Source: a virus (lineage: Duplodnaviria; Caudoviricetes). From it: a stretch of DNA of 32,143 bases. Of this stretch, positions 29,301-32,143 are shown one piece after another. Position numbers and translations under genes: made by a program. The notes beneath the pieces were generated by a model. It had not been told where the DNA came from. It was given only the letters and a program-made list of their open reading frames with translations, and did no database searches. The stretch is from positions 1-32,143 of IMG/VR virus record IMGVR_UViG_3300025103_000092. One strand, given 5' to 3'. The stretch's first letter is position 1. The number at the start of each line of letters is the position of its first letter.

Positions 29301-29492
29301 CGTCAGCGCCGGGGAGACCTTGAGCAGGAGAAGGTAGAGCGGGTGCTTTCCGCCGAGAGGAGCGCTCTTTACCCCAAGGCTGCTGTGATGCAGTCCTTCA
29401 AGGATGCAGCGGAGAGGGCGCGCAAAGAGCAAGTAGCCAAGCGCATCGATGCTGAGACCAAGAAGAAACAGAAGGCCATGGGCCTCCTCTAA
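26376..29492 (+). CDS. Giant Lys/Ala/Arg/Glu-rich protein of unknown function
   Basis: 1038-aa open frame; GGAG upstream; AAG/GCC/GAG-rich codons as in flanking genes. Confidence 0.8.
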   Translation: MARKKARSAAAKKKKAAAPKTPTESKTGSSKMARSVHKKYVHTLAQEIRTALRPLEKMYQDSGGKHRSAEAKKAYKDFFSEYEAFKKTTGDKGTIDKLSQELIKKIDTETVAARHHMSALRLKRSKQAGDDLRAIDAKAVADAEAKQAQAKPAPGGVDPEAAADAKAEVVEERTATKGERKKYAPKQDTFGPEKGRMRAGLVKAYAEAHPDALKAAKELAKRAGFKYADQSLASQLHYLVEAEGGGATGKAKMLKWVKSTKGGTVATTPAATTPPPASEPATVLDPDAVESAKAATKHVSRRDMATTLKFVSEKTGRSVASLKKAAAKAKGADKKYLASLLTPEQLAELNPKPGETRAKPPSSPKTRRSGFPGTGKGKTWWPDADPLDTAPGADRRAMIRGTFRDEMGPELGDKKYEEWKKPAAKQDAERRAELKAEDDALDRKEKLARKKERAKLDAKIAESKTPKAMREQADALEAHAKNRLQGKNAQGRPARILEEPGGFSSSRNNKEMAARMLADAKDLRERAAEAESGKPKPKAKPLTDRQKANLAAREEAARRFVAEEPGRIAAHAKKKARAQASRQRIANQASVYTEGGVADAEEVRTLKGQRRVDKEAALKAQLEEEGRAKWQEPTERQEKRAKKKQAKAEAQAEKGKGKGKWQEPEYKPKDPTAGKALEKSKTPHKGKVRAAVAQSLGIDNVDELLGADWNWDDLAKYMDDATRTGSKASRLAGHGAKAAKLVSQVAGAIPPGAARVLGGVLRYAGPAGTVYEAARMGYNISEKGLVEALRDEESSWMTGVDRGKLDAGLRAADKRARVRAIATKAATTPGTKDTSEWARKRKAKLAEEGKQKASIKTGSAGKYNISRKSEAGLAESARTGHVPAEFRKKGKRYKGSRTKGEIDAAARQRAIARDKAKNLPFLKRVLKRRGEASREKAASDYERRVTRESLRGTEPTRAERKEAARNEAEAAIKRMRQRRGDLEQEKVERVLSAERSALYPKAAVMQSFKDAAERARKEQVAKRIDAETKKKQKAMGLL
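28259..28366 (+). repeat. 15-bp direct repeat (KWQEP x2) with (AAGGGC)3
   Basis: CAAGTGGCAGGAGCC at 28259 and 28352; AAGGGC three times at 28335-28352. Confidence 0.8.
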
Positions 29493-29518
29493 TGCCATAC
29501 AAGAACGCCAAGGAGTGA
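29492..29518 (+). pseudogene. 8-codon mini-ORF MPYKNAKE, remnant-like copy of 29692-29865
   Basis: TAATG-coupled; first 15 nt ATGCCATACAAGAAC are identical to 29692-29706. Confidence 0.6.
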
Positions 29519-29521
29519 CAG

Positions 29522-29692
29522 ATGGCCGAACGACCCCGCCAAGCGGCAGCGAAAAAATACCTCCACCTTGCAAGCATGCTTATCAAGAAGCCCGTGGGCG
29601 CCCATAAGCTCGCCAAGAGGCCCGTCATAAAGAGCATGAAAGATAAGCAGCGCGAAATCGACAGGGTTAAGAGGCTGAGGGAAGGCACCTGA
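29522..29692 (+). CDS. 56-aa basic protein (absent from the ORF track)
   Basis: MAERPRQAAAKKYLHLASMLIKKPVGAHKLAKRPVIKSMKDKQREIDRVKRLREGT; AAGGAG RBS; TGATG-coupled downstream. Confidence 0.75.
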   Translation: MAERPRQAAAKKYLHLASMLIKKPVGAHKLAKRPVIKSMKDKQREIDRVKRLREGT

Positions 29693-29865
29693 TGCCATAC
29701 AAGAACAACGCGCAGCGCGTAGCCATGCACATCAACGCCCCTGACGTGGCGAAGGAGTGGGACAAGAAATACGGGGGCAAGCCCATCCTGGGAGAGGACC
29801 AGAGAAAGAGGTCCGTCCGCCGAGCCGCAGCTATCCGCGCCCAGCAGGAGGGCATGAAGGCGTGA
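29692..29865 (+). CDS. 57-aa small phage protein (absent from the ORF track)
   Basis: MPYKNNAQRVAMHINAPDVAKEWDKKYGGK...; from memory it resembles widespread MPFKSxxQRxxM...AKxW phage peptides; coupled on both sides. Confidence 0.75.
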   Translation: MPYKNNAQRVAMHINAPDVAKEWDKKYGGKPILGEDQRKRSVRRAAAIRAQQEGMKA

Positions 29866-30239
29866 GTGCGCTCGCATTAGTCGTCGCATTAGTCGCTGCT
29901 ACGCCGTGTCAAAAAGCTCACGGGGTAGAGCACGGCTCGACCACCCCATGCACTGGCGTCCTGGTGCCGACCGACGAAGCGAAGCAGTGCCTCACTAGCA
30001 TGCGCGTATTGCTACCTACATGCGAGGCTGACCTCGAACTGGTAGGTGGCACCCTATCTGCTGCCAAGGATGCGTTCAGCGTCCAGCTAGAGGCCAAGGA
30101 GGAGCAGGTGGCTACGCTGGAGAGGCTCCTCTCTGACGCATACGTACCTGCGCCCTGGTATGAGGACCCTGTCCTGGCGTTCACCGTAGGCGTGCTGACT
30201 GCGAGCGCAGTAGCCGTGACCCTGGCGATTTCGAGATAA
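29862..30239 (+). CDS. Envelope protein, spanin-like (signal peptide, coiled coil, C-terminal TM)
   Basis: GTG 29862 with GGAGG RBS; SALALVVALVAATPC; four Cys; PWYEDP followed by a hydrophobic helix. Confidence 0.65.
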   Translation: MSALALVVALVAATPCQKAHGVEHGSTTPCTGVLVPTDEAKQCLTSMRVLLPTCEADLELVGGTLSAAKDAFSVQLEAKEEQVATLERLLSDAYVPAPWYEDPVLAFTVGVLTASAVAVTLAISR

Positions 30240-30295
30240 AAAAAAGGGCCTCAACGCACGGGCCTGGAGGAGCCCTTCATGTGCGTTGAGACCCT
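30238..30295 (-). terminator. Intrinsic terminator of the minus-strand operon
   Basis: Minus strand AGGGTCTCAACGCAC...GTGCGTTGAGGCCCT (15-bp stem, one G:U) ending in T8; lies between convergent genes. Confidence 0.8.
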
Positions 30296-30362
30296 GACCA
30301 GCGGAACCTGGTCTGGTGCATGCCTTACACGGTCAGCATGCGGTTATGTCAGGGCCGTGTCC

Positions 30363-30509
30363 CTATTCGTCGTCCATGTGTGCATCACATGGCCCGTCAT
30401 CACTCTCCTCGCATTCCCCACACAAGGGCTCATGATACTCGAAGCTCGTATGCCTCATCATGAACGCCTCGTGGTGGGGGCCGGGGTCGTCGAAGTCATC
30501 CTTCCTCAT
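30363..30509 (-). CDS. 48-aa acidic Cys/His protein (absent from the ORF track)
   Basis: MRKDDFDDPGPHHEAFMMRHTSFEYHEPLCGECEESDDGPCDAHMDDE; ATGA-coupled to the upstream gene; CxxC...CxxH. Confidence 0.6.
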   Translation of the reverse strand: MRKDDFDDPGPHHEAFMMRHTSFEYHEPLCGECEESDDGPCDAHMDDE

Positions 30510-30715
30510 GGGGGCAACGGCCCTTCGTCCATGTATGCAAGGGCCATGTGCTCGTCAGCCTCCGCAAGCATGACCACCTGCCGACATGGCTCACACCACA
30601 CCTCGCCTTCGTCCCACACGTCTTCCCCGCATTCGATGCAGGGCTCAATGCGGCCACGCCTAAGCTGTCGCAGGGTGCCGATGACCTTGTCCTTCGTCCA
30701 GGATACGGTGCTCAT
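30506..30715 (-). CDS. Small Zn-finger-like protein
   Basis: CIEC...CEPC; ATGA overlaps at both ends. Confidence 0.7.
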   Translation of the reverse strand: MSTVSWTKDKVIGTLRQLRRGRIEPCIECGEDVWDEGEVWCEPCRQVVMLAEADEHMALAYMDEGPLPP

Positions 30716-31005
30716 AGGTGCTCACCCAGGATGAGGTCCATGACAGGGTCACCCTTCGGCTTGTCCTCCTCATGCCATTGCCTGAGCTTCTGCCCTTCGG
30801 CCCAGTCGTTCAGCATATCCCTGAGACCAGGGTATGCGTCGAACCAGAGCCGTATGTTGCCGTTGTCCATCTTGCACATCTCCAAGTGCAATTGGTCGAG
30901 GGCATCATAGATGCGGACATGACCCATGTCGTAGTCGCGGAACGGAACGCCTCTCCTCTCGGATGTGCGTGCCGCATACGTTTCGGCTGCCTTGATGAAG
31001 CCCAT
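30712..31005 (-). CDS. Hypothetical protein
   Basis: TAATG-coupled to the upstream gene; 97 aa. Confidence 0.7.
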   Translation of the reverse strand: MGFIKAAETYAARTSERRGVPFRDYDMGHVRIYDALDQLHLEMCKMDNGNIRLWFDAYPGLRDMLNDWAEGQKLRQWHEEDKPKGDPVMDLILGEHL

Positions 31006-31541
31006 TAGAACGGGATGTCCTGGTCATCGAATGCGGGCGGTGCCTGCTGTGCTGCTTGGCCTGACGACTCGTACAGCTTGACCTTCACCTTGTCCCCATA
31101 CCTGGAGTCACGCTCAATCCTCGTATGCACCGTAAGCTCTGCCCCGACAAGCTCGCTAGGCTCGTCCCATGACAGCGCACCGCATGCAAGAGACAGTTGC
31201 TCTACCTTGCTGCGACCGATGTCCATCGCCGTGATGGATGGGTGCCAGAACAGATGCCACTCGCGAATCTTGTGACCGGCATGCGTGCCACCCACAACCT
31301 CCATCGTGACGAACAGGTTCTTGGCCGTATCCCCATTACGCACGCGTCCAGCGCATGCGTCTGGGCAGCCCTGAGACACGAGCCATGCGACAGCCGCCTC
31401 GTCAATCTGTTTGCCCGACTTCACGGCAGAGTACTTCGCATCCACTATGCGTACGCTGTACTTGCCCTCCGGGACAGGGGGTTGATGTTGGGACTCCGTT
31501 TCGCGGGGTCCAGATGTATGCTTTCCTGTGGTAAATCCCAT
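31005..31541 (-). CDS. DUF669-like ssDNA-binding protein
   Basis: ATG 31541 with AGGAG RBS; PVPEGKYSVRIVDA; EVVGGTHAGHKI; acidic-aromatic tail DDQDIPF. Confidence 0.75.
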   Translation of the reverse strand: MGFTTGKHTSGPRETESQHQPPVPEGKYSVRIVDAKYSAVKSGKQIDEAAVAWLVSQGCPDACAGRVRNGDTAKNLFVTMEVVGGTHAGHKIREWHLFWHPSITAMDIGRSKVEQLSLACGALSWDEPSELVGAELTVHTRIERDSRYGDKVKVKLYESSGQAAQQAPPAFDDQDIPF

Positions 31542-31551
31542 GTGATTTCTC

Positions 31552-32143
31552 CTAACTGGCGAGCCAGTCGTTAATTGCACCAGCCCCTTCGGGAGATGCG
31601 AGGTAATTCATCAGCGCGCTGCGCTGCTGACTTGTCATGCGGGAAGGGCGAACCCGACCCATGGCTTGGCAGAACTCCGCCACGTCACCGTATGTGCGAC
31701 CCATGTCGGTAAGCTCGGCGCAAAATCGCTTGCTCTCCGCATCCCAATCCAGGTCCTTCGGTGGCTCAGGAAGAGCCCATGCAGGCAGGTCAGGGGTCCT
31801 AACCCATCCCCACTTGTTGCCAAGCTTGAGCTTCTCATAGCTCACGCCGTCATGCAATGCAGAGCGATGGTCGATGGTCTCATGCCACTGCGTGCCAAGA
31901 CGCCAGAGGTATCGACCAACTCCCCATCGCCGTGCCGCACGCTTGAACGCATCCGACAGGCCGCCCTTCACGGCCTCAATCTGGGTGTTCTCACTCCCAT
32001 CCCAACGGGTGACCCCAAGGATGGTGATGCCGCATAGCAACCCACCCGTAGGCCCCTGCTTGTAATCGCATGACCAGTCTGGAGCGACCTCATCGAGGCG
32101 GTCCTCGACGGCATCAATCTTCAGGTATGCAAGCAGGGTGCAT
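31552..32143 (-). CDS. Rad52/Sak-family single-strand annealing protein (5' end outside the window)
   Basis: Frame open to the window edge: LLAYLKIDAVEDRLDEV...CGITILGVTRWDG...KGGLSDAFKRAARRWGVGRYLW. Confidence 0.88.
   Translation of the reverse strand, partial: CTLLAYLKIDAVEDRLDEVAPDWSCDYKQGPTGGLLCGITILGVTRWDGSENTQIEAVKGGLSDAFKRAARRWGVGRYLWRLGTQWHETIDHRSALHDGVSYEKLKLGNKWGWVRTPDLPAWALPEPPKDLDWDAESKRFCAELTDMGRTYGDVAEFCQAMGRVRPSRMTSQQRSALMNYLASPEGAGAINDWLAS

Noticed and set aside
30279-30734. 151-aa + strand ORF
   Set aside because: Starts inside the terminator and lies antisense to coupled minus-strand genes
1-32143. CRISPR array, tRNA, integrase/att site, reverse transcriptase/DGR, intron/intein, stop-codon recoding
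   Set aside because: No repeat-spacer array, cloverleaf or catalytic motifs seen by eye; helicase and terminase are of normal length; TAA, TAG and TGA all end genes at tight junctions

Overview
This window is most of a compact, GC-rich tailed-phage genome (Caudoviricetes). It is probably podovirus-like, since no tape-measure, tube or sheath gene is recognisable. A divergent control region (1-175) precedes a long, translationally coupled + strand operon. That operon runs: Cro-like HTH, AT-rich origin-like spacer, DnaB helicase, RuvC-like resolvase, lytic transglycosylase, TerS/TerL, scaffold, major capsid, portal, adaptor/nozzle, tail proteins, putative ejection proteins, M15 endolysin, LamG protein, holin/spanin-like genes and a block of very basic proteins. 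It converges at a strong - strand terminator (~30240-30295) with the end of a - strand operon (Rad52/Sak annealase, DUF669-like SSB, small Cys/His proteins). The most notable observations are: (i) three basic late proteins of 56, 130 and 1038 aa that share an N-terminal R-S/Q-A-A-A-K motif, a candidate capsid-targeting or sorting signal; (ii) an 8-codon mini-ORF that looks like an internally deleted copy of a neighbouring gene; (iii) a multi-pairing, pseudoknot-capable non-coding element overlapping the terminator; and (iv) portal placed after the capsid gene. All calls come from reading motifs by eye; no database searches were run.
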